NCBI RefSeq assembly: GCF_009914755.1
Contig: NC_060944.1
Reading direction: 5' to 3' (one strand)
Length of the DNA stretch: 64,000 nucleotides
Source: the human T2T-CHM13v2.0 reference genome, Homo sapiens
Of the stretch, positions 63,927-64,000 are shown piece after piece (position 1 is the first letter of the stretch; every line of letters begins with the position of its first letter). A model generated the notes under the pieces. That model ran no database searches. It worked only from the letters and a program-made list of their open reading frames with translations, and was not told the origin of the DNA. The translations under genes and the position numbers were made by a program.

Positions 63927-64000
63927 TTTATTATTATTATTATTATTATTATACTTTAAGTTCTAGGGTACATGTGCACAACGTGCAGGTTTGTTACATA
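63927..64000 (-). mobile_element. Young L1PA (PA4-7-like) 3' end with (TTA)n tail, continuing beyond the window
   Basis: TTATTATTATACTTTAAGTTCTAGGGTACATGTGCACAACGTGCAGGTTTGTTACATA. Confidence 0.92.

Overview
This is an AT-rich, CpG-poor primate (human-like) genomic window with no recognisable protein-coding exon, tRNA/rRNA gene or CpG island. Much of it is interspersed repeat: Alu (FAM, AluJ, AluS; no clear AluY), L1 fragments from ancient L1ME to young L1PA, L2, MIR, MaLR/ERVL/ERV1 solo LTRs, and hAT/Tigger DNA transposons. The longer supplied ORFs mostly fall in repeats, and none resembles a protein I recognise. Repeat subfamily names come from recalled consensus sequences, not a RepeatMasker run, and boundaries of old elements are approximate. 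I found no new biological system that the sequence alone can support. The best leads are: (1) a non-repeat, CpG-retaining promoter/enhancer-like patch at ~11.2-11.75 kb (NF-Y CCAAT, clustered TCF/LEF motifs, MEF2/TATA-like element); (2) a palindrome-rich element with an SRE-like CArG box at ~18.9-19.15 kb; (3) a template-switch scar inside an ERVL LTR at ~44.3-44.5 kb; (4) an LTR16C with an intact TATA box followed by a strong splice donor, plus several + strand exon-like segments and an antisense bias of L1 fragments, which together hint at a + strand, probably non-coding or intronic, transcription unit; (5) several unusually perfect short hairpins. The locus cannot be named without a genome search.
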